Origin: Candidatus Binatia bacterium
GTDB taxonomy: Bacteria > Desulfobacterota > Binatia > Bin18
Assembly: GCA_963666315.2 (NCBI GenBank)
Contig: CAXXHG010000043.1
Location: forward strand, 224,001-288,000
Length of the DNA: 64,000 nt
Direction: 5' to 3'
The notes under the pieces are model-generated. The model was given only the letters and a program-made list of their open reading frames with translations, was not told where the DNA came from and made no database searches. This document shows positions 27,341-36,480 of this stretch, one piece after another; the stretch's first letter is position 1; the number at the start of each line of letters is the position of its first letter. Made by a program: the position numbers and the translations under genes.

Positions 27341-28855
27341 ATGGCATTACGACAACCCACTAAAGAAGATCTGCATCGTCTGGCTGCGTGGCACAATTTC
27401 GAGCTGAGTGCAGAAGAGGCTGAAGCGTATGAGGCGCTGCTGCCGGATATGTTTGCTGCGCTGGACGCGCTCGATCAGACTCCGGCCAATCTGCCGGAGA
27501 TCACGTATCGTGAGCGTGATCCGGGTAATCGACCCAGCCGTGAGGATGACCCACTCAACGCCATCATACGCCGTTGCTCTATACAGGGCGCGCCGGCAGG
27601 CGCGCTGGCGGGCAAGCGCATTGGCATTAAGGACAATGTGTGTATTGCCGGCGTACCAATGACGTGTGGGTCACTGGTGCTCGACGGCTATGTGCCGGAC
27701 ATTGACGCCACGATTATCACTCGCATTCTCGATGCGGGGGGTGAGATTACCGCCGTCCTGAATATGGACAACTTCGCGTTCTCGGGCGGCGGCCATACTA
27801 GCGCCTACGGTCCGACTCGCAATCCATACAATCCAGACCATCTGGCTGGGGGTTCGTCAGGTGGTTCTGGTGCAGCGCTGTCGTACGCGGACATTGATAT
27901 TACTATTGGCGGGGACCAGGGCGGATCGATTCGGATTCCCGCGTCATGGTGCGGTGTGGTTGGGCTCAAGCCAACGCATAGTCTCGTTCCCTATACCGGC
28001 ATAGTCGGTATTGATAACACCTTCGACCACACCGGCCCCATGGCTCAGACCGTGGAAGACGCGGCCCTGCTGCTTGAAGTGATTGCCGGAAAAGACCCGC
28101 TGGACCCACGCCAGTCCGACGTTCCCGTTCAGCCGTATACGCAAGTACTCGGTCAGGGCATAAGCGGCTTACGGTTAGGTATAATAAAAGAAGGCTTTGG
28201 CACCCCAGTGTCACAATCGGATGTCGATGCCAAGGTTCATGAGGCAGTAAAAGCCTTACAAGATCTTGGAGCACAAGCAGAAGAAGTCTCCATCCCGGCC
28301 CATCTTGAAGCCGGTGGTATTACCTGGGCGTTGATTACCGAAGGTATGGCGGCACTGGTCTACGGTCACGGCGTCGGCCACCACTGGAAAGGATTGTACA
28401 ACGAAAGCCTGGTCAACACGCTGGGCAAGTCACTCAAAGCGCAGGCGCAAGACTTGCCCCATCAAGTCAAATTTGTCGTGCTGGTAGGCGATTATATTAA
28501 TCAAGCGTATCACGGCCGCTTATATGCGAAAGCCCAAAATCAACGCCGCACACTCCAAGCTGCATACGATCAGGCGCTCGAGCGCTACGATATTCTTGTC
28601 ATGCCGACAACGCCGATGACGGCTCATCGCCATGACCCGAACATGGGAGTCCGCGATTCGCTCGATTCCGGCTGGGTTATGTTGGGGAACACCGCCCCGT
28701 TTAATATGACCGGCCATCCTTCACTCACAGTTCCGTGTGGAAAATCAGATGGACTGCCGGTTGGTTTGATGCTGACTGGACGACATTTTGATGATGCCAC
28801 GCTCTTGCGCGCGGGGCATGCCTTCGAGCAGCAAATGCCGTGGCAAAATCGGTAA
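27341..28855 (+). CDS. Amidase
   Basis: IKDN, GGSSGGS, GGDQGGSIRIPASWCG. Confidence 0.92.
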   Translation: MALRQPTKEDLHRLAAWHNFELSAEEAEAYEALLPDMFAALDALDQTPANLPEITYRERDPGNRPSREDDPLNAIIRRCSIQGAPAGALAGKRIGIKDNVCIAGVPMTCGSLVLDGYVPDIDATIITRILDAGGEITAVLNMDNFAFSGGGHTSAYGPTRNPYNPDHLAGGSSGGSGAALSYADIDITIGGDQGGSIRIPASWCGVVGLKPTHSLVPYTGIVGIDNTFDHTGPMAQTVEDAALLLEVIAGKDPLDPRQSDVPVQPYTQVLGQGISGLRLGIIKEGFGTPVSQSDVDAKVHEAVKALQDLGAQAEEVSIPAHLEAGGITWALITEGMAALVYGHGVGHHWKGLYNESLVNTLGKSLKAQAQDLPHQVKFVVLVGDYINQAYHGRLYAKAQNQRRTLQAAYDQALERYDILVMPTTPMTAHRHDPNMGVRDSLDSGWVMLGNTAPFNMTGHPSLTVPCGKSDGLPVGLMLTGRHFDDATLLRAGHAFEQQMPWQNR

Positions 28856-28873
28856 GCAAATCGATAAGAAAAA

Positions 28874-28894
28874 GGGACGCAGCATGCTGCATCC
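28874..28894. repeat. REP-like palindrome related to the 16707 element
   Basis: GGGACGCAGCATGCTGCATCC between convergent genes. Confidence 0.55.
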
Positions 28895-28917
28895 GTGCTC
28901 AGTATGAGGAACCTCGG

Positions 28918-29715
28918 TCATCCTGCTTTGCGCGCAGACACGACAAACTGCGGTAAGCAAAAGTAATACGCGTCGTTTTTGAGACGTGTCCGAATATCAT
29001 CGCGCCAGGCGTCCGCCTCGGCGCGCGTCACTTTGCCTGAATCGAGCGCGTACTGATACCAATTGTTCTCCAGCATCTGTCTTGCACGCCCTTTGAGATC
29101 AGGGCTGGCGAAAATCTTGACCTTGATGTCCTGCAGGTTGGCGACTATACACAACCCCCGCAGCTTTCGGCCGATACGCGGCTCACGCATGGCGGTGGTC
29201 CTGATCGCCGACATGAGGCGATCCTGCAAAGCTTCGTCACTCACGTCCAGGGCAAGCATTTCCCAATCGCTGTCTATCAACACCACCAAGCCCCCAGGCT
29301 TTGTCACCCGGGCAATGTCTTGGACTGTGGCTTCGGCAGAATCCACGTACTCAAGAACATTTTTACAAAAAACTCGATCAAATGTCTGAGACTCGAAGGG
29401 CAGGGGCGGGAAGTCGCTTTGTTGAAAGCTCACCTGGGGTAGGCCTGCTGCCTGTGCCCGTGCTCCGGCCCGTTCTACAAATTCGGCGTTGATATCAACG
29501 CCAACGAGCGTGCCACTCGGACCAACTCGCCGTCCTAACTCCATGGTTGTTGAGCCAGGACCGGAGCCTACATCCAGAACCGACAGTCCAGGCTGCAGAT
29601 CAAGAGGAGCGAGGAGCGGTTCCATGCGAGGCTCGTAGCGCAGCAGGGTGTCATAGACTGCCAAGCGGTCTGCATCGATCTCGATCCAGTGTTGCTTGTA
29701 ATAGGGCGTGGGCAT
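28918..29715 (-). CDS. Class I SAM-dependent methyltransferase
   Basis: VLDVGSGPG, LPFESQTFD, KPGG. Confidence 0.88.
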   Translation of the reverse strand: MPTPYYKQHWIEIDADRLAVYDTLLRYEPRMEPLLAPLDLQPGLSVLDVGSGPGSTTMELGRRVGPSGTLVGVDINAEFVERAGARAQAAGLPQVSFQQSDFPPLPFESQTFDRVFCKNVLEYVDSAEATVQDIARVTKPGGLVVLIDSDWEMLALDVSDEALQDRLMSAIRTTAMREPRIGRKLRGLCIVANLQDIKVKIFASPDLKGRARQMLENNWYQYALDSGKVTRAEADAWRDDIRTRLKNDAYYFCLPQFVVSARKAG

Positions 29716-29721
29716 ATCACC

Positions 29722-30621
29722 TCATTCCCTCTTGGCAATCTCTGCTGGGTGGTGCGGGAGCCCAAGAATATGCCTAGCTTCCTGAGGCGTTGCCGGCTCA
29801 CGTCCATGCGCACGGGCGACTCCAACCACCCAGGCCACGTAGTCAGCACTACTTGTTGCAAGGGAGCCATCGATCAACGTCGCACGATCCTCAAAGCCAA
29901 CACGGATGTGTGCCCCAGTCGTAATCGCCAGACTCGCGATAGTAAACACGCTCTCTTCAATCCCGTGCGCAATCCACGTGGCTTGGGGAAAGACCTCACG
30001 AACGCAACTGGTGAGATAGAAATAGCTCTGCGGGGTACCAGGCATAATCAGAAAGTTATCGCCAAAGCGTCCGGAGAATTCGACTAACAGATACCGTGGA
30101 GGTGGGAGCGAACCGTCCTGGACCAGAGTGACCACGTTGGACAGAAATCCTGTATCGAGCACTGTCGGTTCAGGAATAATGCCTCGCTCGCGACATATGA
30201 GTATTGTTTGTCGAATATCTTCATAGGAATTGGGAATCGCCACAGTTTGCCGCGTGCCACCCACCAGAGGTGTGTTGAACGTAATACTCCCTGCATTCAG
30301 AGAGGTCATATCGACCGGCTCAGGGGTTTCACGCAAATAACGCAACACCTGATCAATCGAAGCGCCCAGCATACGTGCGGTCGTGTGGTTGACCACCAAA
30401 TCGGTTTGCGCGCGGATGAGGCGGTCGGCTTCCGTATACCACTCGGGGTCGTAGCTAATGCCACCGTCATTCGTACGAGCGTGGATATGCACAATTGCTG
30501 CTCCAGCAGCGGCACACCGCTTAGCCTCAGCGGCAACTTCCTCCGGAGTCCACGGAATATGCGGATTCTGCTCTCGATCACGCGCACCATTGAGACAGGC
30601 TTTGATAATAATTGTATCCAT
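29722..30621 (-). CDS. Beta-keto acid cleavage enzyme (BKACE/DUF849)
   Basis: IKACLNG, PWTPEEVA, GAAIVHIHAR, HIRVGFED, REPATPQEAR. Confidence 0.88.
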   Translation of the reverse strand: MDTIIIKACLNGARDREQNPHIPWTPEEVAAEAKRCAAAGAAIVHIHARTNDGGISYDPEWYTEADRLIRAQTDLVVNHTTARMLGASIDQVLRYLRETPEPVDMTSLNAGSITFNTPLVGGTRQTVAIPNSYEDIRQTILICRERGIIPEPTVLDTGFLSNVVTLVQDGSLPPPRYLLVEFSGRFGDNFLIMPGTPQSYFYLTSCVREVFPQATWIAHGIEESVFTIASLAITTGAHIRVGFEDRATLIDGSLATSSADYVAWVVGVARAHGREPATPQEARHILGLPHHPAEIAKRE

Positions 30622-30730
30622 GCCAAAGAAACTCTCAGCTCAAACTCACCGAGTCTGACACTCCCGCGGGGTTAGTGTCAATCTACGAAAGAAAGAGAAC
30701 AGGGGGATAAGAAGGGATCGTGAAGTGAGG

Positions 30731-30769
30731 AGTCACGACTCACAGGGGGAGGTGAGCCGTGACTTTTTT
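30731..30769. terminator. Hairpin with T-tract (intrinsic terminator-like)
   Basis: AGTCACGACTCAC-loop-GTGAGCCGTGACT-TTTTT. Confidence 0.5.
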
Positions 30770-30818
30770 GAAGGGATGCTCTGCATTCGGACAGAGCAGG
30801 GAGAGAACAAAGACAGCC

Positions 30819-31259
30819 CTAGGGCTGAGACTGTTCAGGCAGGTCGTGTGTGTGTACCTCAGCCGTTGTAATCAGAAAACGGCGGTCATCAACGTATAGA
30901 CGGCCCTCAAGGGTGATCGTCTGTCCTTCGATATCCGGGCTCTGGAATGTATCCATAACCGCGCTTGGTCCGCTCACACGGAGCGTACCTGGGAAGATAT
31001 CCTTCAGGGTGAATGCATCCCGGCGCTCGGGGGCCATCTTCACATCAGTGACCTGGAAGAGCCATTCTTGGCCCCGCACGGAGAAATACAGTGAGTTGGA
31101 ATCACCCGGATGATCTGCATCAAGCATCAGCGTACCAGTAAAACGCACCAGCGGAGGGGGACCAGTCAGAATATGCGCACGTGCAAACGCAGCCGTTGTT
31201 CCGAGCACCATCGCTAAAAGTGCTCCCCATACAACAATTGTTTTCTGTCCAATGTTCAT
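30819..31259 (-). CDS. Hypothetical secreted protein
   Basis: Signal peptide (AFA); AAGGAG RBS; resembles the 540..1034 product. Confidence 0.65.
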   Translation of the reverse strand: MNIGQKTIVVWGALLAMVLGTTAAFARAHILTGPPPLVRFTGTLMLDADHPGDSNSLYFSVRGQEWLFQVTDVKMAPERRDAFTLKDIFPGTLRVSGPSAVMDTFQSPDIEGQTITLEGRLYVDDRRFLITTAEVHTHDLPEQSQP

Positions 31260-31313
31260 ACTGCTACTCCTTTCTGCAAACTGCAGACTGCAAACTGATT
31301 GACGAGTTGATAG

Positions 31314-31329
31314 AGCAGCTATCGTGCCA
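31314..31329 (-). promoter_or_regulatory. Sigma54 (-24/-12) promoter
   Basis: TGGCACGATAGCTGCT, GG-N10-GC, about 55 nt upstream of 31259. Confidence 0.65.
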
Positions 31330-31483
31330 ATGTAAATCCAAGAGTTTAAGAGACAGAAAAGTGAGGAATATCAATAGAGTCCGGATTTTTAAGAGAAATC
31401 TAACAATCAATGCAGGTGAGGCAGAATGGCTCACTCAAAATACATTCGGTCACACACGGAAGGGAGAGTCTCTTACGGAGGGC

Positions 31484-32170
31484 TCATTGCAGTTCGAGGC
31501 TAGAAGATTTTTCTAAAGTTACTTTGTCTTTCCGCACGAAATTCTGGCCAACAATGCCGGACGAAACAATGAACTTGAAGGCTTCTTCTACTGTATAGTC
31601 AACTTCAACCACTTCTTCGGGCGGAACCATGACGAGAAATCCCGACGTTGGGTTCGGTGTGGTTGGAACAAATACTGAAAGAATCTGCGAGGCAGATGTG
31701 AGACCTAACGCATCGTCTCGTTCCGCGGCAACCAGGCCCATCACCCACATGCCTTTGCGCGGATACTGAAGCAGGACCACGCGTTGGAAGCTGCCGGACG
31801 GGCCTTGAAAGGTTTCTACCATTTGCTTAACCGCGCTATACACACTGCTGATCAGTGGCAAGCGCAGAATCATGGTGTTGACCGCCTCAAGTACTTGCCG
31901 CCCGATAAAATTCGTGCCAACCAAGCCTAAGAGGAAGATAATGGCTAGCGCCAGGAAGATGTTCACGAATGGCGTGATGGGCTCAAGCCACCAAAAGCGC
32001 TCCAGTTTGAGCGGCCCAAACAGGGCTTTCATGACCGGCGCACCAGCGCCGCTCAGCAAGTCAAATAGAAAGGAGACTAGTAAATACGTGGCGACCAGTG
32101 GGATAAGAATGAGGAGTCCGGTCAGCAATGTGTTGCGCAAGAAACGCGATTTCGTCCTTTTCCGCTTCAA
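31484..32170 (-). CDS. DUF502 family membrane protein
   Basis: RLPLISSVYSAVKQ, VFVPTTPNPTSGFL, VEEAFKFIVSSG. Confidence 0.88.
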   Translation of the reverse strand: MKRKRTKSRFLRNTLLTGLLILIPLVATYLLVSFLFDLLSGAGAPVMKALFGPLKLERFWWLEPITPFVNIFLALAIIFLLGLVGTNFIGRQVLEAVNTMILRLPLISSVYSAVKQMVETFQGPSGSFQRVVLLQYPRKGMWVMGLVAAERDDALGLTSASQILSVFVPTTPNPTSGFLVMVPPEEVVEVDYTVEEAFKFIVSSGIVGQNFVRKDKVTLEKSSSLELQ

Positions 32171-32267
32171 AGCGAGACCTCCATACTACAGTGGTACTGT
32201 TCACTGCAAATGGTAAAGCAACAGCACAGGGTTTAGCAAGAAAGGAAACGAGTCCGCTAGCCCGGAC

Positions 32268-32567
32268 TCACACCTCAAGGATCTGAGAGACGATCTGCCA
32301 CAAACAGGCGGCGCTAAATGGCTTAGAGAGTATGTGAACATCGGGGTGCTGACGGGGATCGGTTTGTTTAATTTTCTCAGCCAGCTCAGCGCCTGACATG
32401 GATGGCATGCGCACATCAGAGATATACAGGTCATAACGCTGGCGACAGACCCGTTGATAAGCCTCCCAAGCATCTGTTGTCTGCTCGACTTGGAGCCCTT
32501 TTGCTTCGAGTATCTCAGCTAAGAATTGGCAAAAAGTCGCGTCATCATCAACAACGAGTACGCGCAT
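32268..32567 (-). pseudogene. Single-domain response regulator with apparent internal deletion
   Basis: VLVVDDD, SDVRMP, SKPF present; the beta4/alpha4 segment is missing (99 aa). Confidence 0.65.
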
Positions 32568-32613
32568 ATACCTCTCCTCTCCAGAATCTTCTGTTCAGAA
32601 TCCCCCGTAACGG

Positions 32614-32629
32614 GGCAAAAGATATGCCG
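32614..32629 (-). promoter_or_regulatory. Sigma54 (-24/-12) promoter
   Basis: CGGCATATCTTTTGCC, GG-N10-GC, about 47 nt upstream of 32567. Confidence 0.55.
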
Positions 32630-32735
32630 AACGGCGAGCGCGTAGTGTGAGCTGAAAAAAGCGGAATTTTCAGGAAACCGGTGTCTTCGGCGAGTCCTGT
32701 TCCACACCACTATGGGCACACTGCGGCATTGTGCC

Positions 32736-33638
32736 TCAGCTTTTTTTGCGCGGCGAGACGATCTGATAGCGCTCCATCATGCGGTATAGGGACCGCCGAT
32801 CAACATCCGGGACCTCGGCAGCACGGGAGACATTTCCGGTCGTATCATGACGCAAAGCGACTTCCATGCGTCGTCTCTCAGTGATGTCACGATAGATCCC
32901 CTGGAAGCCGCTAGGCTGCCCCGTTCTATCACGCAGGAAGCGATCCCGTACCTCAACACTGCGAATCTGCCCATCCCCGGGCACAAACTCGAGCTCAAAG
33001 ATCTCTGAAACCGGCTGCCCAACTAAAGCATGCTGAGCTCGCTCAGTTGCCAACAGACATGAGGCCGGAGTTGTAAACTCACGGTAGTGCCGACCAATGA
33101 GTTCCGCCCGTGGTCGCGCGAACATGGCTTCAAGTTCACGGTTCACACTGGTGACAGTTCCGTCTAGGTCAAAAGTTGCAATCCCGACACTCGCATTCTC
33201 AAACAAATCACGATAGTGCCGCTCTCTGTCTTCCAATGCCTCTACCGTTTTAGCGTGCTCTTCGACCGTAGCTCGGAGCTCCTGAGACAGGTGCTGCAGG
33301 TGTAAGAGGTGGTGGACACGAGCGCGGACAGTAGGCTCACTGAGTGGACGGACGAGGATATCATCGACCAGAGAGGCAGGCTCTCGCAGCGATGGCAACA
33401 TTTCATGCGCAGAGAGAATAAGTAGCACTGGTATCAGGCGGGGCCGGCCTACCTCTTTCCGTTCTCTCAGAGTCTCTCTCATCTGACGCAAGAAAGTACT
33501 ATCAATAATGCACAGGTCAAAGGGTACACCTAATGCATCGGTCGTCTCGGCCGCACATACCTGACCTACTCCCGCAAGCCAGGCTTCAAGTATGCGGGCC
33601 GTGCGCTCATGTTTAAAAAAAAGGAGAATCCGCCGCAT
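32736..33638 (-). pseudogene. Degenerate receiver + PAS protein fused to a Fis-type HTH tail (probable deletion product)
   Basis: PAS-PAC ending RDITERRR, followed directly by GNVSRAAE..VDRRSLYRMMERY. Confidence 0.65.
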
Positions 33639-33781
33639 AGCTGCCCCTTACCAAGTGAATACCTTTCCCCTTGCTCATCTACACAAAGATTGTCATCAGA
33701 CCCAAGCGAGAACAGACAAAAAGTTAAAATATAGCCTGTTGTGCCGATAGCCCTTTCGATCTCCACAGGAGTCTTCGACCT

Positions 33782-34084
33782 ATGATCCGTCTCGAAGGGG
33801 TCTTGTTGGAGATTTCCGCTTCTCTGCAACGAGCCGGCGTTGTTGAACCCGCAGACGGGCCTTTACCACAAGACGTGGTGAATACGATCTCAAGTCTTTC
33901 TTCCAGAGAAAAAGACGTTTTAAGCAGACTCGTCACCGGGCAGCGCGTCTCAACGATTGCGGGTTCGCTGTACATCAGCCCCAATACAGTGCGCAATCAT
34001 CTCAAATCGATCTTTCTCAAAATTGGGGTGCATTCTCAAGCGGAGCTGCTTGAACATCTCCGCAAGCAGACTAACAAAGGCTAA
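33782..34084 (+). CDS. LuxR-type HTH regulator (possibly N-terminally truncated)
   Basis: LSSREKDVL..L..G..IAGSLYISPNTVRNHLKSIFLKIGVHSQAEL. Confidence 0.8.
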   Translation: MIRLEGVLLEISASLQRAGVVEPADGPLPQDVVNTISSLSSREKDVLSRLVTGQRVSTIAGSLYISPNTVRNHLKSIFLKIGVHSQAELLEHLRKQTNKG

Positions 34085-34140
34085 CGTCAGCTTACTGCGA
34101 AGCTTTCTCTTCCCCCATCTTGCCGAAACAGGCGTACCCA

Positions 34141-34407
34141 TTACTGTTGACGATTGCGCACAAGCGCAACCGTCGCAATCACACCCCAGACTCCTTCAAG
34201 TATAACAAAGGGAAGAAACCCGATAAGGTAGGAGGCATAACATGCCGCCCGAGCCCCAAGAGCATTCAGCGCTTGATAGATCCACGATTCGCTTTGCAGC
34301 CAGCCAAATAGGTTTAGGAAAAAGGTGCCGAGCAGAATTGCAACACCCGCTGATCCGACCCACTCTGGGCACGCTGAGCATTCTGAGAAAGACATCTGCA
34401 TGCTCAT
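34141..34407 (-). CDS. Small membrane protein (CBU_0592-like)
   Basis: Three hydrophobic segments; YQALNALG, FVILEGVW; start uncertain. Confidence 0.6.
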   Translation of the reverse strand: MSMQMSFSECSACPEWVGSAGVAILLGTFFLNLFGWLQSESWIYQALNALGARAACYASYLIGFLPFVILEGVWGVIATVALVRNRQQ

Positions 34408-34525
34408 GCTGTCTGCATCGTTCCGGTTACAGATGCAGTGTAATCCGATAGGTGCTCCATCTCTCCCATAGTAAGGAGCAAGGTTTCCGAAGCCAAGGGG
34501 CAGCCGGGCAGCCTAGCCGTCGTCC

Positions 34526-35038
34526 CTATCTGTCCCCTCTCAGGTCTTTCCTAATCCGTACGACAAGCGCTCCCGGCGCTTGGGTAATATCGAGCACTAG
34601 CCCATCTTTTGGCTCTTCTAGTATTGCAAACTGGCTTTTTAATAGCTCCACCGGCATAAAGTGGTCTTCTCTTTTTCTGAGCCGCTGACAGATTTGCTCA
34701 TAGCTCCCGCGTAAGTACACAAACCGGACAGCATCCGCATCAACAGTCAGTTGCCGTCGATAGGCATATTTTAGCGCAGAGCACGTCACCACCGCCGCTT
34801 GCTTAGTTTGCAGTCTTTCGCTGATGAGCGTTCGGAGTCGTGCAAGCCAAAGACTTCTATCCTCGTCAGTAAGCGCAATACCTCGTTGCATTTTGTCTAT
34901 ATTTGTTTGGGGATGAAAATCATCGCTATCATAGAATGGCCAACCCAAATCCTTGGCTAAGAGCTTTCCAACCGTTGTCTTGCCCGCTCCAGAAACTCCC
35001 ATCAAGATCACGACTAGACAACGCGGATTCTGTAGCAT
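34526..35038 (-). CDS. gntK: Gluconokinase
   Basis: MGVSGAGKTTVG, DDFHPQTNIDKM, CSALK..YR, HFMPVELLKSQF. Confidence 0.92.
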   Translation of the reverse strand: MLQNPRCLVVILMGVSGAGKTTVGKLLAKDLGWPFYDSDDFHPQTNIDKMQRGIALTDEDRSLWLARLRTLISERLQTKQAAVVTCSALKYAYRRQLTVDADAVRFVYLRGSYEQICQRLRKREDHFMPVELLKSQFAILEEPKDGLVLDITQAPGALVVRIRKDLRGDR

Positions 35039-35200
35039 TATCAATCCCTCCTGCCTTCTTACCTTCCTATATCTACTCGATTGAGAGGTTGAGGCGAAAC
35101 CACCCAAGCGTGGCATATTGCCACACTTGTATTCGTTCATACAGTATGAATTTTAGACAAATATGAAACGTCTATCGAGGGTTAGACATCAAAGAAGTCA

Positions 35201-35216
35201 TGGCATAGCCCTTGCG
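35201..35216 (+). promoter_or_regulatory. Sigma54 (-24/-12) promoter
   Basis: TGGCATAGCCCTTGCG, GG-N10-GC; RBS and ATG at ~35289. Confidence 0.65.
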
Positions 35217-35486
35217 TACCTTGTTCATATAGTATGAGAGGCCAGCTAGCCGAGGATATAGTGGGGCAACCCAGGGGAGGGTCAACACATGAAAACAGCA
35301 TCTTCTAACTTATGCGGTGTCGTCGCTGCGTCTTCTTCTTAAGTAACGCAACGTCCGGAAATCCGCTTCAATGATTTCATCTCTGAGCGGGGCAGGGCAG
35401 CCGAACGGGAAACCGTTGTCCCAGCCGCTGTTTTACCCGAACAGTTCTACGGCTCACGACGTCAGGACTATCAGGTTCGTGGGGAA

Positions 35487-35777
35487 ATGGCCCTTATTCA
35501 GTCCGTGCTTGAGGACGCCATTGATTGCTTTCAGAAACAGTTTGGCGCACCACGGTTCCGCGATTATCGCATCGCCAAAGAGGCAAAACAGTGGTTCTTC
35601 ACGGACGACTATCAATGGCCGTTCTCCTTTGTGAATATCTGCTCCGTGCTAGACATTGATCCTGAGTATATTCGGCGAGGACTCAATAAGAAGAAAACCG
35701 AGCTTCCGGTCGAAATCCCACAACGCGCACTGCGCCGGCCCATCATCGTCCAGCCACGGTTACAAGCTGCAGCGTAG
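35487..35777 (+). CDS. Conserved hypothetical protein, 5' part possibly disrupted (candidate original start ~35289)
   Basis: VLEDAIDCFQKQ...EAKQWF...WPFSFVNICSVLDIDPEYIRRGL; the upstream RBS-ATG frame hits an early TAA. Confidence 0.6.
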   Translation: MALIQSVLEDAIDCFQKQFGAPRFRDYRIAKEAKQWFFTDDYQWPFSFVNICSVLDIDPEYIRRGLNKKKTELPVEIPQRALRRPIIVQPRLQAAA

Positions 35778-35920
35778 ACAAAGTGTCCCTCCCTCCTGCA
35801 TGTACGAAGTCGCAATCTGTAAGACTGCCCCTTCTTATATGTCAACTTTTTGTGTCAGCCTGGTAAGAGAAAGGGGCGATCGAATGATCTCCCCTTTCAC
35901 ACTGAAAACTCGACGCGACA

Positions 35921-36466
35921 CTACGCAGCCTGCTGCGCTTTTTGGGTAAGTAGCCTGCCGACGATCTGATCAATAACCTGATCAGCCAATGCCCGGACTT
36001 CGTTTTTGGTCTTGGGCTGAATAGGATGCTCGACCAAGATGGGTTGGTATTGCGCCATTCCTAGCGCGGAACACTGCGCATTGGCCGCGCCAATGAATTC
36101 CGTGGTCGTTACGTTTGCCGTTGGGATACCGTTTTCTTCAAAGTGAATGACATCGTGCGAACTGCACGAGATGCAGGCCCCTCAATCGCTGAGGGCTTCG
36201 ATCACCGCATCGCACTGCTCGCGGAGTTCCGCCCGGATCGGTTCCGGTGCAGGTCGTGCAACCGTGGGTTTCATGCGTCGCAGCACCTCCTTGACTCCGT
36301 ACTGCTCGCGGAGGACTTCCTCCACACGGTCGAGGAAGAAAGAGCCCTTGGCTTTACTGATGTCGAGCAAGCCGACGGTAGTCCCGGCTAGACTATCGAG
36401 CCGGGGTGCAAAATCTTTCCGAGAACGTTCGACCTTATCGGTCGGATCGAGTAAGAGCTCACCCAT
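35921..36466 (-). CDS. UGSC-family (seleno)protein, UGA at 36182-36184 read as Sec
   Basis: ...AVIEALSD-UGA-GACISCSSHDVIHFEENGIPT...EHPIQ...; frame open for 86 codons after the UGA; SECIS-like hairpin. Confidence 0.8.
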
Positions 36467-36480
36467 AGCATACCTCCTCT

